A stretch of 63,665 nt of DNA, the filler included, from Reticulomyxa filosa (lineage: Eukaryota > Protista > Foraminifera), in assembly GCA_000512085.1 (NCBI GenBank). It is 15 parts of 15 records of this genome, joined end to end, with 100 filler letters (N's around TTAATTAATTAA, not from the genome) between each part and the next. Parts side by side here need not be neighbours in the genome. Positions count along the whole stretch, not along the records: positions 1 to 5,141 come from ASPP01006857.1; positions 5,242 to 10,191 come from ASPP01012465.1; positions 10,292 to 18,912 come from ASPP01019011.1; 12 more parts are not named here. One strand, 5' to 3'. How positions within the stretch are numbered: the first letter of the stretch is position 1; each line of letters begins with the position of its first letter. The position numbers and the translations under genes were made by a program. The notes beneath the pieces are model-generated. The model was not told the origin of the DNA. It was given only the letters and a program-made list of their open reading frames with translations, and did not search any database. Below, one piece after another: positions 1-13,993 of the stretch.

Positions 1-28
1 AAATAAAAAAAAAAAAAACAAATGACAG

Positions 29-1430
29 ATTCCGCAAAAATTTGAGAGAAATATTTGCTAGTTTATATCATTGCTATCAAAGTTTGGACTCAAAAATGAA
101 GCAACAAGACATGATGGTTTGAAGTCTTTTTTTTGTTTGTTTGTGTTTTTTTTTTTGAAAAAAAAAATGGGATATGTTTGCGATATATACAGACAAATGT
201 GGAAAAAGTATTACGAGTATGGGACACGTATTACACCTTTCCGCCGTATTTTACAAAGGAATTACGTGATATTGTAACAGGGGTCAAAGACTTGGAAAAA
301 GAAAAACAGGAAAAAGATCGACTGATGAAAGAACAGAAAGAAAAGGAAGAAAAAATGCGTCGCCAAAACCAACAGCAACAACTATTGCAACAACAGCAAC
401 AGATGAAACAATTGCTGCCTTCCAAAATGGGCGCCGATTCGACTGCTTCTGCCATTGGCACAGGTGGAGTGCTGCTCGTGAATACTCATGCGGAAGGTGC
501 CAACGACGGAAAAAATGACAACAAACACAACCCCAGAGATTCCAATTCGTCCAATTTGATGAGTGCTCCTGAAGTCGCTCCGGTCTTTCAAAGATTGGCT
601 GAGCAGCAGAAACAAAAACAAATGCAACAAATGATGCAACCGAACATTAATATCAATATTTCTTTGCCTACACCAAGTTCTATTCCTGCTACAATAGCAA
701 CACCAACGCCAATACTTTCTGTATCGTCATCTATGCCTTCTTCATCTTCTTCTGCTTCCTCTGTCTCATCATCTTCTTCTACCTCTTCTTCGACGGTTGT
801 ACCCTCGCTTTATCCACCAGTTGGCTCGCATCACCATAGTCATCCCATCATATCACATGCTCAATCACAGCCACCGCCACAACCACAACCACAACCTCAG
901 ACACAATTTGGACATATTCGTCATCCAGTTGGAGGGCCCATTCTTACTGGTGTACCTTCTTCAATGCCTACTTTTCAACCTTCCGTCAATCCAATGTACG
1001 GAATGCCTGCGTCTTCGTCACAAAACTCAAGATTTCAAACTTCAATTGTTCAACCAATATATGGAGCGCGTCCTCCATCGATACATGGACATGGACATGG
1101 ACAGATTACTTATGCACCAAGTAATTTTATTTTAACTGGGGTACCAGGAATCCCTGGGATTCCTGGACTTCCGCCTTCCTCGTCTCAATATCCACAAGGA
1201 ATGCCTTTTCAACCGTCATTAACGCAACAACAACCACCTATAGGTATAATGTAATAAATAAATAAAAAAACACTAAACATTTCCATAATATTGTGTACTT
1301 GCTGTATAATGTTTGCGACATAAAAGGTAATGCACTGCAAATGAACTCAAATTTCAACAATGGGATGAAAATGGATATGGATGTTGACGGGGTGCCTATA
1401 GAAGATGATCTTGATGGGGATCCCATGTAA
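29..1430 (+). CDS. U2SURP: U2 snRNP-associated SURP/SR140-like protein, 3' part (end of CID domain, Q/P/S-rich linker, DG.P tail); 5'-truncated
   Basis: Spliced exons 29-116, 193-1243 and 1327-1430 (GT-AG) give FRKNLREIFASLYHCYQSLDSKMKQQDMM|TNVEKVLRVWDTYYTFPPYFTKELRDIV, resembling the last CID helices of SR140. The C-terminus DVDGVPIEDDLDGDPM matches the repeated D.DG.P motif of SR140. Confidence 0.65.
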
Positions 1431-2011
1431 CCTTGAGGAAAATTCTGGGAGAGAAATTTTAGTGTGCACAAAAGCATTTTCCTTGGCCTTTTTCTACAAA
1501 AATACTTAGAAACACACATAGTGGGATTACCATAATTTTTTCTTTTTTTTGGGAGCACAGGCTGTCACGATATTTTTATTTTTTGAAAAATTTGGTTGTC
1601 AAAAAAATTGTTTTACATTTTTTCGTGTGTGTTTCGTTTCTGCACACGTCCGATTTGAAATTTTTGCCTTTTCGTTTTGAAAGGGAGAAAAAAGAAAATA
1701 GTTTCTGATAGTTGTGTAACAAAACAACTCAATCCCAAATGAGGATAAAAACATTTCCTTAATATATCTTCTTAAAATATTTTGATAAAAATTTGAAGCC
1801 CTCTATTGAAATAATTGATAGTTTTTTTTAATTTGCGCACTGCTTAGTCGAAATGCAAAAGAAGAATTTATATGTATCAATCAACGTCTTTTTCCGAAGA
1901 GGAAAACCACTGAAATGAAATAAACTTAATTCAAACAAAAAACACGATTCTTCTATTGTCAAAAAGAAGTACTGCATATAACAATAATAAATAATGCAAA
2001 GTAATTCTTCA

Positions 2012-5000
2012 TCACACATTGCCAGAATTTTTTAAGGATTTCAAATGTTTGATATCCACAATGTAGTCACCTATTCCATCAGGAACTATTTCACACTTGA
2101 GTATTTTCAACTCTTCATAAATATTGCAACTCCACCATGACTTGGAATAGAATTGTCTGTACAAATCTTGAATTTGGCTCAAGAATATTGTATTATTTTT
2201 TTGAGATTTCAATAAATTACATATTGGCCCTTTTAGATGTATCAAGTTGGATAAATTTGCTGCATCCAATCCAAAAGACGTGGAAATATTTTCAGATGCT
2301 ATTGTACCGTCGTTATCTTTTTGTAAGTTGGTCTTAACGATTTTGAGCTGTTTTTTGTCGAGTAATGTTGTAAATGGATTAGTTTGGGTAGGTTTCTCAT
2401 CCAACAGTTTGGATGTAAATGCTATAACATATTCGTCACCAAAATCAGCACATTGAACGAAATCTTCTTTGTCATATGATTCAATTAATTTTTCAGGAAT
2501 TTGGAAAGATTGAGATTTCTTCCAACGAACAACGCACATTCTTGGAATAACCATACTTTCATTGGTTTGATTGTTGTATCGCAACTGAAGTCCAACATCT
2601 TTCAATACAAACTCGGAAAAATTTTTTCTGTTGATAATTAGTTGAGTTCCCGTCGTTTCAGCGAATATTATAGGAAGATTTTCTAAAGTACAGCGTGTCA
2701 AGTTTAAAGTGGCAATATCACGAAGTATCGACAGTAGGTTTTTGTTGACAGTTTCGATAGATTGCAAAGAAACCCAAAGAGTTTCTCCTCTCCGGCACAC
2801 ATTCAAAAATGGAGAAGTCAGAATGAACTTGTGCATTTTCGCGTTCCAAAGTCTTCTTTTTTCTAATTCTGCTTTCAACTGCAAAAATGGAATGCCGTCA
2901 CTGCTTTTGACCTTGCCATTAAAAAATGTGTTTTCTTTCACCAATTCATCCACGACAGTTCGAATATGAAAAGGCTCAATACTTTGAATCTGGACAACAA
3001 ACATAATTGTATTGCTTTTCTTTTTCAAAGTAAACATACATTTTCATGACAAAAATAATTTTTTTTTTTAAACATGAAAAGGAAAGATCCGGGTTGTATT
3101 GGTTTCCATTGAATGATCAAACTTGACAAAGCCTAAGCAATAATTCAAGATAAAATCGTAGAGATTTGGGATATGCTCCCTAATGGTTTGCTGTGGAATA
3201 CCCAATAATTGGGTCAAGTACTCCAATATCTTGGAAATGGTGAGCCCAGTGGGCTGATAGATGAGTAAACACTGGATTGCCTTTTGATACAAATATTTGT
3301 TGTGGTGATAAAGGATCGCATCAGGCCCGCATTTCTGAATTTTCCAATCGGAATCCGATTTTTTAATCATCTTGGTGAGTGTATCCAACAGTGAATATTG
3401 ACATGCACGTGTGGGAACAATGACGCGATCGTAATGTTTCAACAACATGGATTGCAGATCCGAACACAATATCGCTCCTACAGCGTGTTGAGATATCAAA
3501 CTGAATATATCATCTACGGTAATAAGTGCAGTGGTATTATCATTGAAGAGAATAGGGGGCCTCCATCGAATTGACCATTTCAATTCCGTCATATCTGTCG
3601 GTGCATCCATTGTGCATATATAATCCATCGATCTTTTGTCAATCAAATACTCGAGCAAATCAAACCATAACTTTGGATTGTCTTTCATGATGATGCCATG
3701 TTGGCCCTCAAAAATTGCGCTTATTTTGTCAAGTGCTACAGACTCCATCTCTGGCAAAATGAGCGATTGCATTTCATTGCTATTATGTACAATTCGCTTT
3801 GCGATGGATTTATTTTGTTCGGCCAAAAATTTGTCCAAATGATTGACAAGCACTTCCAAAGATGTGTCAATGGGTGGCATTCCCACGGTGATGGGCCTGA
3901 AGAGATTGAGCTTTTTGTCCGCGAGCGACGCGCCGTACAATTTCAATGTATCACTCAACATTGTTGTTGGAAGGTAAATGCCAAACTTGTCGAATAGGCG
4001 ATCCTGAATTTCGTTCATGGGAATGGGTTTCTCCAATTTGCGAAAAACGTCATAGAGCATTGATTGAATAGGCTTGGTGCAGTGCTTATTTTTTTTTTTT
4101 TTTTTTAATGGATACATGAACAAACAGATAAATAAACAAATTTATTTATTTCGTCGAACATCTCCATTACAAAGAATAAAATCTTCTCTCAACAGCTAGG
4201 GCCTTTGGTACTTGCTTCCTCAGCGAGACAAGACACTGATTGTCACTGCCAGATTCTTTGGAAAAGTATAATTGGAGATCTGTCGAATACACTTGGTTCA
4301 GATAATGCCACAAATTGTGGTGTTGAAAGTCAATTTTATGTGTTCGGAGGAAATCGTCCAATTTGGTCACATTGCAATGTCCACCCAATTGCGTCAGTGC
4401 TGCCAATATACATTCTCTTTCGAATGCAAAGGAGCGATGGAGATGGTTAGTCTTGATCCCTTTCAGCCATCGACATCTTTCGAATAAAAGGTCCACATTT
4501 TTGAAAATGAACGCCAAATCAGGATTGGGTGATGGAGCCAGAGATAAAAATGCTCCAAAGCGTTGCACGACGAAACCACACCAATCGTTAATGAAATCGA
4601 TATGGAGATGAGAGCAGAGATATTGATTTAATGTTGAAAGTGAAATAAAAACAGGAGTTGACACGAGATCAGGATCTTTCGCATGAAGTGCCATTCTGTC
4701 CGCAATAGACTCTTTACTCATTTCCGTCTGTAGCTTGGTTTGGTACAAATCCCACAACAGTTCCTCTCCGCACAAATACTTTCGACTGGCCAGCAACGCC
4801 ATTTCCGGTGTGGATGTTTGCAAATGAGCCTTGGATTGTATGGCCTCGGGGCTAAATGAATACAAATATTGTCCGTCCGCCTGGTACGCAAACAAACAAT
4901 CACGCAAATCACGAGCGCATGCGTATTCCAGATCCATCGCATAACTGAAAGGAAACTCGGTATTGTAGTGTCTTTGCCAAGCATCTTTCAGCTGCTCGAA

Positions 5001-5072
5001 AGTGAAGATATCACTGTTCGATTTCGTCTTCTCGACATTGTGCAATTCGCGAAGTGCTTCAATCAAATTTGC
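2012..5072 (-). CDS. Large protein with ~8-10 tandem winged-helix, LOTUS/OST-HTH-like repeats; 5'-truncated
   Basis: Three ORFs join in frame through GT-AG introns 4211-4085 and 3073-3020. Recurrent units such as FTFEQLKDAWQRHYNTEF, AILCSDLQSMLLKHYDRVI, CTLENLPIIFAETTGTQL and IFLSQIQDLYRQFYSK follow the LOTUS pattern. Confidence 0.6.
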
Positions 5073-5141
5073 CTTTTTGTTTGTTTATTCGTTTGTGTGT
5101 GTGTGTGTGTGTGTGTTTTTTTTTTTTTTTATTTTTTTACC

Positions 5142-5241
5142 NNNNNNNNNNNNNNNNNNNNNNNNNNNNNNNNNNNNNNNNNNNNTTAATTAATTAANNN
5201 NNNNNNNNNNNNNNNNNNNNNNNNNNNNNNNNNNNNNNNNN
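5142..5241. other. Artificial contig linker (first of 14)
   Basis: N44-TTAATTAATTAA-N44, giving stops in all six frames. Others start at 10192, 18913, 27609, 32194, 33696, 38491, 41785, 43899, 46877, 52112, 56285, 58960 and 62049. Confidence 0.99.
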
Positions 5242-5255
5242 AAAAAATGAGTAAT

Positions 5256-6805
5256 TTAACTATTTTTAGCATTTGCGTTCTCAGCACCACTCTTCTGACG
5301 ACTAACATTGGCAGGAGGAGGAGAGGGGGAGTGGCTATTGCCTGGGGCTCCCACTTTTTCTTCTTTTTCATCTTCGTCTTCTTTTCTTTCTTGTGATGCG
5401 ACTTGTTTGTAGTCAGAGGTGGCACGTGGCTTGGCACTATATGCTGATGCTGGTGCTGCGGTGGATGCATTAGTGGGCGGGACAGAGTCGCGCAATTTGT
5501 CATCGACATTGGCCGGCAATTTATCTTTGTCATTTCTTCCGCGTCCTGGAGATGATGGCTTTCGAATCAAATTCTCGCTTACGTGCTCGGTTGTCTTTGT
5601 CTTCACTTTCGATGTGCCACGATAGCGGTCGTTATCGTTATCATTGCCATTGTAGTTATTTGTGTTCGTATTTGCATTGTTGTTGTTATTGTTGTTATTA
5701 TTGTTATTATTGGCAGTAGTCACAACAACAGCAACAGCAGCAGCGGCAGTGGCAGCGGTAGTATTGTCATTATTGTCGTTATCATAGTCAAGGTTATTGT
5801 CATTTGAATTGACATTGCCAGTGTCATTCTCATTGTCTGCACTATAACTACCACTTTCACTTCGGCTATGCACGACCTCGTGCTTAGGCTTTTTCTTCGA
5901 TCTTTCCGACTTTTTCTTTTCTTCTGCACCTGGGTTGCTATGGCCATTGCTCAATGCTCTATCCTCTCTCTCGCCTTGTATTTCAATCACCACGTTGGAA
6001 GGTCCGTTACTATTCGTACTCTCTTCTTTGTTTTTGTATGCATTGTTGCCATTGCTGTTGTTATTGTTGTTATTATTATTATTACTATTATTGATGTTGG
6101 TATTTTTGTCATTGCTACTGGTACCAATGTTGACGACAGCTTTGTCTGCGTAATCTTTCTCGTTGCCATTGTTCTTAGATGAGTGTCCATTTCTGCCTTG
6201 CTCTTCGTTCGTCTGGCCTGGTTCGCCCTCTTCGTTGTTTGCTTGTTCCTTTTCTTTGTTGGCCACCGGCGGGGTATACACTTGGACTGATTGTGTCTTA
6301 TCTACTCCTACTCGAGGTACACCACTACTTGTTGAGGTCGCTTCTGCGTCTTTTTCAGATTTGTTCTTGTCTGCCTCTTCGACCAGTTTTAATTTACTTC
6401 GGCCTTTTTTTTTATTCATTGTCATTATTGTTAATATGGTGTACATTTTCTTAAAAAAAAAAAAAATTCTTGCCAAAAACTCAAATAATATAATAATTAA
6501 AAAAATTAATGCTAACGCTTTAAACAGTACAATTGTCTTTTCCAACAAGAATGTACAACTTTCTAATCCCCTCTTTTTAAACGTATACGTGACATTCCTC
6601 TCTCCCTTTTGCCATTTGTATAGTTAAAAGAAAAATTATAAATAGTTATTTTCGGTGATCAACTTGCTTCAACAACACTCTTTATTTGATTCGCAGCTTC
6701 CAAATTGCTGGTATATCTTTGTCGCCACCACCAGGCACAACCAAGCACAACGACGACAACGACAACAGCTGCCCCAATTATGATCAGCAACGTAGTATTC
6801 AACAT
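5256..6805 (-). CDS. Single-pass signal-anchor protein with long Asn/charged low-complexity region; probably 3'-truncated
   Basis: Exon 6805-6664 (MLNTTLLIIIGAAVVVVVVVLGCAWWWRQR...VVEA), absent from the ORF track, splices in phase 1 to the exon starting at 6403 (SRSKLKLVEE...). Confidence 0.6.
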
Positions 6806-8008
6806 TTTTTACTATGCTTTGATGTCTACACTTTACAAATGATTGGTGCCAGCAAATCAAATACTCATTCACTCTGCGGTTTCTGAGGAATGTTTCAAAA
6901 AAAACTTTCTTTTTGTTTTTACTTGTTAAACTTGTACCAGCTAAGTTTAACTGCTGAAAGTCAAAAGCACACATTTCATCATTCATACTCCCATAAGTAA
7001 GACTATATGATGTACGACATAATGACTAAAATATGAATAATGAAATCATAAAGAAAACGATTCTAATATTGATCGCCATACCAGTTAAAAATTTTTTCAA
7101 AAACAACGACAACGAAAATGTCGTCAATGAAGATAGTCAACTTTTCTAAAGTACAAATAAAGTTAAATATGTTATTAATTGTTTTATCGTGTACGACAAA
7201 AATGGTCTTTAAATTTTTTTATTAGTTTTTTTGTAAAAATGATACTTTTTGCTTTTCATTATTTTGTGCGGAAAGACTGTGAAACATCAAGAAAAAATTT
7301 GAAAAATAATCAATATGGAAAATGTAAACAATCCAAGTTGTAATAAAAAAAACCTCTGTATTAAAAACACTTGACATAGTTTTAAGGCAAGAAATTGATC
7401 AGCTATAACTAGGCTAATATTCGACAATGCAAATTTTACAAAAAAAGAGAAATATATTGTAATAAATTGATATTATATTAAAATTGCAATCAACATTTTC
7501 TAAAAATGCATAACAAATTAATTGTATTTTGTTGTTTGTCTAGACAATGACAAGATTATTGTTGGATGTGAACACCAGATATAATATCAAATTATTTGAA
7601 AACAGGAACAAAATGAAAATGATTGAAAACATGCATTCTGGAATACTATTTAATTTTTCATCAATGCTATAAATTAAAAAATTTGCACAATATAACAATT
7701 AAAAAAATTAGAGAATTATTTTGACTTCTTTGCGAGTTCTAGATGCAAAAATTTCCTCCACATAATTCATTTGCTGATTTGAAAAAAGATGTGTTAAAGA
7801 AAATACATAATTTGAACATTTGTATCTGTTTAATTTCAACTAACAATGATATATATAGTTTATTTTCAAAAGTGTTATATGTGTATGAATGAAAAACCGT
7901 AATTTTGGTAAATTGATTCACCATTTATAAAAAATAAGGGTTACTTCGTTATCGGTGGTTCAAATTTGCATTGGGTGAATATTATCATTGTTTATCATCA
8001 AGTTGGAA

Positions 8009-9802
8009 ATGTCGATATTACTTCGGGATTTGTGGGATCCAACCCCAAAAAATACGTTGGCGGATCCGGATCAAGAAGATGACTTTGGAGACGCAACGTC
8101 AGCACAGCTGCGAAAGTTGGACTTGGGTGTGCCAGAGGAGAGCGGAGAAGGGGAATCAAGAGCAGTGAGTCGTCTGCGCAACATAGACTTGGGAGAAGAC
8201 TACGAGGGGAAAGTAGTATCAAGAAAGGAAATAGATGGGTGGTTGAAACCAAAAGAAGTAGAAGAAGCAGAAGAAGAAGAAGAAGAAGACGATAAAGAAG
8301 TAAAAGAAGACGAAAATGATGAACGTCAGTCGATTGATTTGGACAATGAGACATCACTATCAGATAAGCAAGATGGTAACGACATCGAAGAAGTACAAGA
8401 CTTTGCTGCCTATGAAGCCGATGATAATGAAAATGAAGAAGATGAAGCCGATGACAATGAGGAAGATGAAGAAGACGAAGAGAAGAGCAGAAGGAAAAGA
8501 TCGAAAAAAATCGAAAAAGAAAATTGGGACAAAAACAAAGAGAAGAGAGACGTGATACCACATTACAGCGCACAAACCCAAGAGCGACAAATGCGCAAAT
8601 CGAAGGCGGTTCAAAAGCAGTGCAAACTGTTCGACGAGGTTTCCAAGATTCGCATCCACTTGCAAAAGCCATATCTCACCTCTCAAAAGATGCCACGGCC
8701 CGAGCGCTACCAATCGTTCATCCGACACACGGAGACGTCGGGAACGGACTTGGACCACAATGCTGACAAAGACAAAAATAAAAACAAAAACACAGAAAGC
8801 AATAGTCTTGAAGAATTGGCGAGTCAAATTGAAAAAGAAGCGATGGCCTTATGCAACGACCTGCTTCGCATTCAATCCAAGCTGATTGCGAAAAACAAAG
8901 AAATACAATGCGGCATCAATGGCACGATCTATCGTCCATCGGAAGAAGGCAATGATCGTGACGACACAAACGAAGACGAGGAAATGCGAGTGCTGAGCGA
9001 CCCGGAGGAGGACGAAATCCTCACCAATAACACTAAAGCGCGATCCAGTGGCCATGGTCGTCATCGTGATCGTTCCAAACGTTCGGGTGTCAATGGCAAT
9101 GACAACGTCGGCAGCTGGGAAGACATGTGGACACAGTGCAATAATGACTGGAAGACAATGATGCCATATTGCAACAAGACAATCGACTCGTGGGACAAAA
9201 AAATGAAACTGATGGATGCCACCGCCATCACCAGAAAAGACAAAAAAAATAGCTCCAATATGAGTCTGCTGGAACGCATCGGAGGGGTCATGGCTAATCC
9301 CGATTTAATTTTGAATAAAATGCAAACTGTTGACAAACTGTTTCGAATGTATGGAGATGATGGAGGATCTAGTAACCATGCTGATCCCTCTTCTTCGTCG
9401 TCGTCGTCGTCGCAGGATTCGCAGCATCGCAGTATCAAGGAAATGGACGAACGTATCGAACAAGGCTTGGAAGATTCAATAGCTTTGAAATATGATCAAT
9501 ATCGTACCGAAAAAGAGGTGTTCAATGACTCTCAGTTTTATAAGCGCTTGTTGAAAGAATTGGTCGACTTTGGAATGGCCAACTCCACCACAGGCGCCCT
9601 TGACTCCAAAGAAAAGGGGGACTTGCATCACAAAATCGACGAAATCAACGCACAAAAACAAAAAGAGAGATTCGACTACAATCAAACTCGCAAGAAAATG
9701 AAATATACAGTTCGTCCGGATATGGAAAACTTTATGGCTCCACGCTACACCCATGACATTGATTTCCCTGTTCAACAATTTTATAGCTCTTTGTTTCAGT
9801 AA
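8009..9802 (+). CDS. AATF: AATF/Che-1/Bfr2 nucleolar ribosome-biogenesis factor, intronless
   Basis: Acidic N-terminus; KSKAVQKQCKLFDEVSKIRIHLQK (AATF N domain); EVFNDSQFYKRLLKELV, KMKYTVRPDMENFMAP and FYSSLF (TRAUB domain). Confidence 0.9.
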   Translation: MSILLRDLWDPTPKNTLADPDQEDDFGDATSAQLRKLDLGVPEESGEGESRAVSRLRNIDLGEDYEGKVVSRKEIDGWLKPKEVEEAEEEEEEDDKEVKEDENDERQSIDLDNETSLSDKQDGNDIEEVQDFAAYEADDNENEEDEADDNEEDEEDEEKSRRKRSKKIEKENWDKNKEKRDVIPHYSAQTQERQMRKSKAVQKQCKLFDEVSKIRIHLQKPYLTSQKMPRPERYQSFIRHTETSGTDLDHNADKDKNKNKNTESNSLEELASQIEKEAMALCNDLLRIQSKLIAKNKEIQCGINGTIYRPSEEGNDRDDTNEDEEMRVLSDPEEDEILTNNTKARSSGHGRHRDRSKRSGVNGNDNVGSWEDMWTQCNNDWKTMMPYCNKTIDSWDKKMKLMDATAITRKDKKNSSNMSLLERIGGVMANPDLILNKMQTVDKLFRMYGDDGGSSNHADPSSSSSSSSQDSQHRSIKEMDERIEQGLEDSIALKYDQYRTEKEVFNDSQFYKRLLKELVDFGMANSTTGALDSKEKGDLHHKIDEINAQKQKERFDYNQTRKKMKYTVRPDMENFMAPRYTHDIDFPVQQFYSSLFQ

Positions 9803-10919
9803 TCTTCTCACTGCTTGCCATCTGCTCAAATTGCATTGTTCTCTTTTCTATACTACCTCACTTTCATTCTTAACATAACATTGTTTCTATTCTTCTTTGT
9901 ATTATTTTGTCTTATTATTCAATCTTTTTTTTTTTATTGGTTTGTTTCCTCTGCTACTCCAATTTTTGAAATTTGAGTTATTGTAAGAAAATATACAAAT
10001 CTCTTCACCAATTTTGATGTGTAAAAAAAAAGAACACCCCAAGTTTTGATACTTAACTCATAGAAGAAAGAAAAAAAAGTAAGTTGTCATTCATAAAAGG
10101 ATAAAACATTCAATGTATTATAAAAAATCAGAACAAAGGGATAACAAATATTCACAAAAAGCAAACATCAATTGATATTCTAAAAAAATTGNNNNNNNNN
10201 NNNNNNNNNNNNNNNNNNNNNNNNNNNNNNNNNNNTTAATTAATTAANNNNNNNNNNNNNNNNNNNNNNNNNNNNNNNNNNNNNNNNNNNNTACATATTA
10301 TCAATTAAATGCTGCTTTGATTTCTTTATAATGTATTCATGATCATATTCAAATAGCTTAAACAAATAATCAAATTGTTTTAATTCACAACCAATTTAAT
10401 AATAAGAATTAAATAAAGATACCTCTTTTCAACAACCTTGAAAGATCAAGCCAAAAATACAGATAATAACCTTTGGAAGTAGCAAGAAAGATGCAATGAT
10501 GAAAACTAAAGCAGAAAAAAGGAAAAAAAAAAGAACTAAAATATTTCAACTTAACAAAAAAAAGACAAAATAACAATCATACAAATTTATAAAAATAAAC
10601 GACAAATATCAAGAAAGACACGTTTGAATGATAGTGACAGTTTTATTTTTGAAAAGGATATTAATGTTGGCTCGAAATAATACATAAACAAACTTGCTCT
10701 TTTTTTTCATGTTGAATCATTTCTTTTTAAGAAATTTTGAAAATTTGTTTTAACGAATTAAAACTGATGCATTTAAAATGATGAGTTTTCATCTAATCTA
10801 ATGCATATTATAAATAAATAAATTAAACAATTGCTAACACATGTTATTTATTACTTTTTTTATCAACGAAAGATAGATAATATATTAAATTTCAATTATC
10901 ATTTGTTATTTATCACTTA

Positions 10920-11354
10920 TCTTTTAATAATATTATTGTATTTGATTTAAATACATTTCAATTTATTAAACATGATACTTTACCAACTAATGATATATAT
11001 TTTATCATTGCTTTGTATCAAATCCAGAAAATAAAATGATGAAAACAAATTGATGACATTTCAAAATACTTTACTAAATGAAAAAATTATATACACATTA
11101 TTGGAGGAAAAGATAATAAAAGGACAATATTATTGACTCACAGAAGACTAAAGTGCGTGTATGGGATCCTTCACAGTTGGTAATTATTTGTTTATTTATT
11201 TTGATTGTATGAAACTGATTGACAAATAATAAATAATAATGAACAGTCAAAAAATGAAATGAAATGTATTATCGAATATTGGACTCAAACTTTAAAGATA
11301 AAATTAGGATGGGTCGATGATTTTAATCAAATTATTGTGAAATACAGTAGATAA
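10920..11354 (+). pseudogene. Internally deleted Kelch-propeller pseudogene retaining its intron and an intact terminal module exon (11247-11354)
   Basis: Fragments YHCFVSNPEN, MTFQNTL and HIIGGKDNKRTILLTHRRLK/VRVWDPSQL|gtaatt are colinear with 12056-13298 but lack the intervening segments. Last exon is SKNEMKCIIEYWTQTLKIKLGWVDDFNQIIVKYSR*. Confidence 0.75.
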
Positions 11355-12055
11355 TTGGATACACACATTTTTTTAATGTATATTATAGTTATTATATTTT
11401 GAAAAGTGAAGTTGATTTTTTTCACAAATAAACCATCAAAGAAGTATTTGGAAGTGCATAATAAATAATAATCTGTGATTTCTTGGTTTACATAAGGACA
11501 GCTTTAAAATCATTTATTATCTACTTTAGAATAATCTCGCTAATAGCAGCAATATGCACTTAGATTTAAATAAATTACTCTGTTTACACATAATAACTTT
11601 GTTTGCAGAAGTTATCAATTTGCTAGTATCCCATGCAAACAGAAATTTAAAAACTCCAAAAAAAATCGTGTGACTCTGAAAAAAGTTCTCACAAGTCTTT
11701 TTTGGAGGGAAACTAACTCTGCATTGCTTTACAGAAGCGAAATGCTATAAATTGATCAAGAATGTGTTTGCGCTCACATTTGAAATAAAATAGCATAAAT
11801 TATTAATAATCTGTATAATTTAAATATGACTTTACAATCGAATGTGGAAGATGTGATAATAAACTAAATTGGAGTTGCAATTTATAGCATTAAAAATGGT
11901 CTTGTCGGCTATAATTATATCATTATGTAACACAATTAATATCGTAATCTTGTAATAATTTTTGTTTTCCTAGCCAAACATTTTTTAAAAAAAGGATATC
12001 TTGTTTCATATCCTTCCTCCCTTTTTACTATTCATAGTTCCTCAACATTAACAAC

Positions 12056-13298
12056 ATGAGCAACCAAACCTTTCAATCTTTGAAGGAGTTGCCTACCCCA
12101 CTTTTTCTACCTCAATGTGTGCTACACAAACACGAAATCCTCATTTGCGGAGATTACAAACGAAGTGCTTGCTATTCTTATCATATACTTAAAAACGAAT
12201 ACAAATTTGTCTGTAATTATCCAAGACATGTCAAATTAGAAGGACACTGTGTAGTGAAACTGATAGATAACAACAATAACAACAACGAAGACAGTAATCA
12301 AGTTACTTTGTTGTCTTTTGGTGGAGCATTTAAACATACATTAGTGATGAAATATGTAAGCGTTTGGAGTAATACATTAGATATATCAAACAAATCAAAT
12401 GAATTGAACAATGACAATCAATGGACTCCTTTCACAGACAATCACAATAACCCAATTATCATTGGAAGATCTCGAGATGAATATAATGGAGTGCGTGCAG
12501 TGATTAGTGGAAGCAACAATCATTTATTATTTATCACTTATCTTAAAAATAATATAAGTGTATTTGATTTAAATATATTTCAGTTTATTAGACATGATAG
12601 ATTACCAACTGATAATTGGATATGGGATCATTGCTTTGTATCAAATCCAAAAAATAGACAAGGACAAGGAATAATAAAAACAAATCAAGAACAAAATGAA
12701 CAAAATTGTCAAATGCTATTATTTTGTAAAAATGTAGGATTATCAATTAAATATGATAAAGATAAAAACATTTTTCAATTTCGTAAACTATTTGTTTGTG
12801 ATAATATTGCACCATTCAGCAATTATGCATATATGTGTATCAATGATGTCATCTTGTTCTTTGGTGGATGGAATGGTAGAGTTGATGGTATTGATGTTTC
12901 GACATCAGTACATAAGTATTCAATTCGAGAAAACAAATGGATGACATTTAAAAACACTTTACCCATTCCACTGTTTAATTGTGTTGCAATATTGAGTAAA
13001 GAAGACAATTATTTACACATCGTTGGAGGAGTAAATAATAAAAGGAAAGCATTACTAACTCACATGAGAACTAAAATGCGTATATGGGATGTTTCACATT
13101 TGGTAATGATTTGTTTATTTATTTATTGTGATGAAATATAAATATATTTTATTGTATAATACTGATTGACAAATAATAAATAATAAACAGTCAAAATATG
13201 AAATAAAATTTATTGTTGAATACTGGGTTCGAACTTTAAAGATAAAATTAGGATGGATCGATAACTTTGATCAAATTATTATAAAATACAGTATATGA
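12056..13298 (+). CDS. Kelch-like beta-propeller protein with C-terminal 'LGWIDDF' module
   Basis: Exon 12056-13102 has Kelch blades (ILFFGGW...VHKYSIRENKW...LPIPLFNCVAI...LHIVGG). Intron 13103-13190. Exon 13191-13298 is SKYEIKFIVEYWVRTLKIKLGWIDNFDQIIIKYSI*. Confidence 0.85.
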
Positions 13299-13993
13299 AG
13301 TAAATTTTAAAGAAGCACAATTAAGGCATCTGTTAATCAAATTATAAATTATATCTTTCTTAAGTATTTTCAAAATATACCAAGCTAAAATACATTCTTT
13401 CTTTTTTTTTCCTTGAGATAAGCTTTGATGATGCAAAGATGACGAAAAAAGACTCTTTTCAATTTTTTTTTTTAAGATCACGAAGGGTCAACAAAAAAAT
13501 GGAATATAAACTTTGTAATGTAGAACTATTTGGAAAATCAATATTCTATTGCAATCATGCGCATTAAACAGATATATTGTTGTATTTGCTTTGCAATCAA
13601 GTTGCCTTTTATTACAATGTTGATTTAATCATCTTTTTTTTTCTTCAAAGTCAAATCAAAAATGAAATGGGTTTTGCAAGCATCAAAATAATGCATATGC
13701 AACATCGTTTAATGAATGAAAACAATTAAGGTGGTGAAGAATATATTAATTTCCAAAAATACAACAAGCCAGGAATAATCAGAGGATAAGTCATTTCATT
13801 AGCCCCTTTCCATCAAATTGGTCAATTTTGTCACCCCCTTAAAAAATTGAACAAAGTTACATTCATAGAATATCTGTTGAAATTTGTTATTTGTTTTAGT
13901 TATTAAACTTTAAAAAGTTAATAATCATAAGACAGGCACAGCTAATCTTTTTAAAAAATATTTACAAAAATCAATAAAGATAAGTTTCAAACT

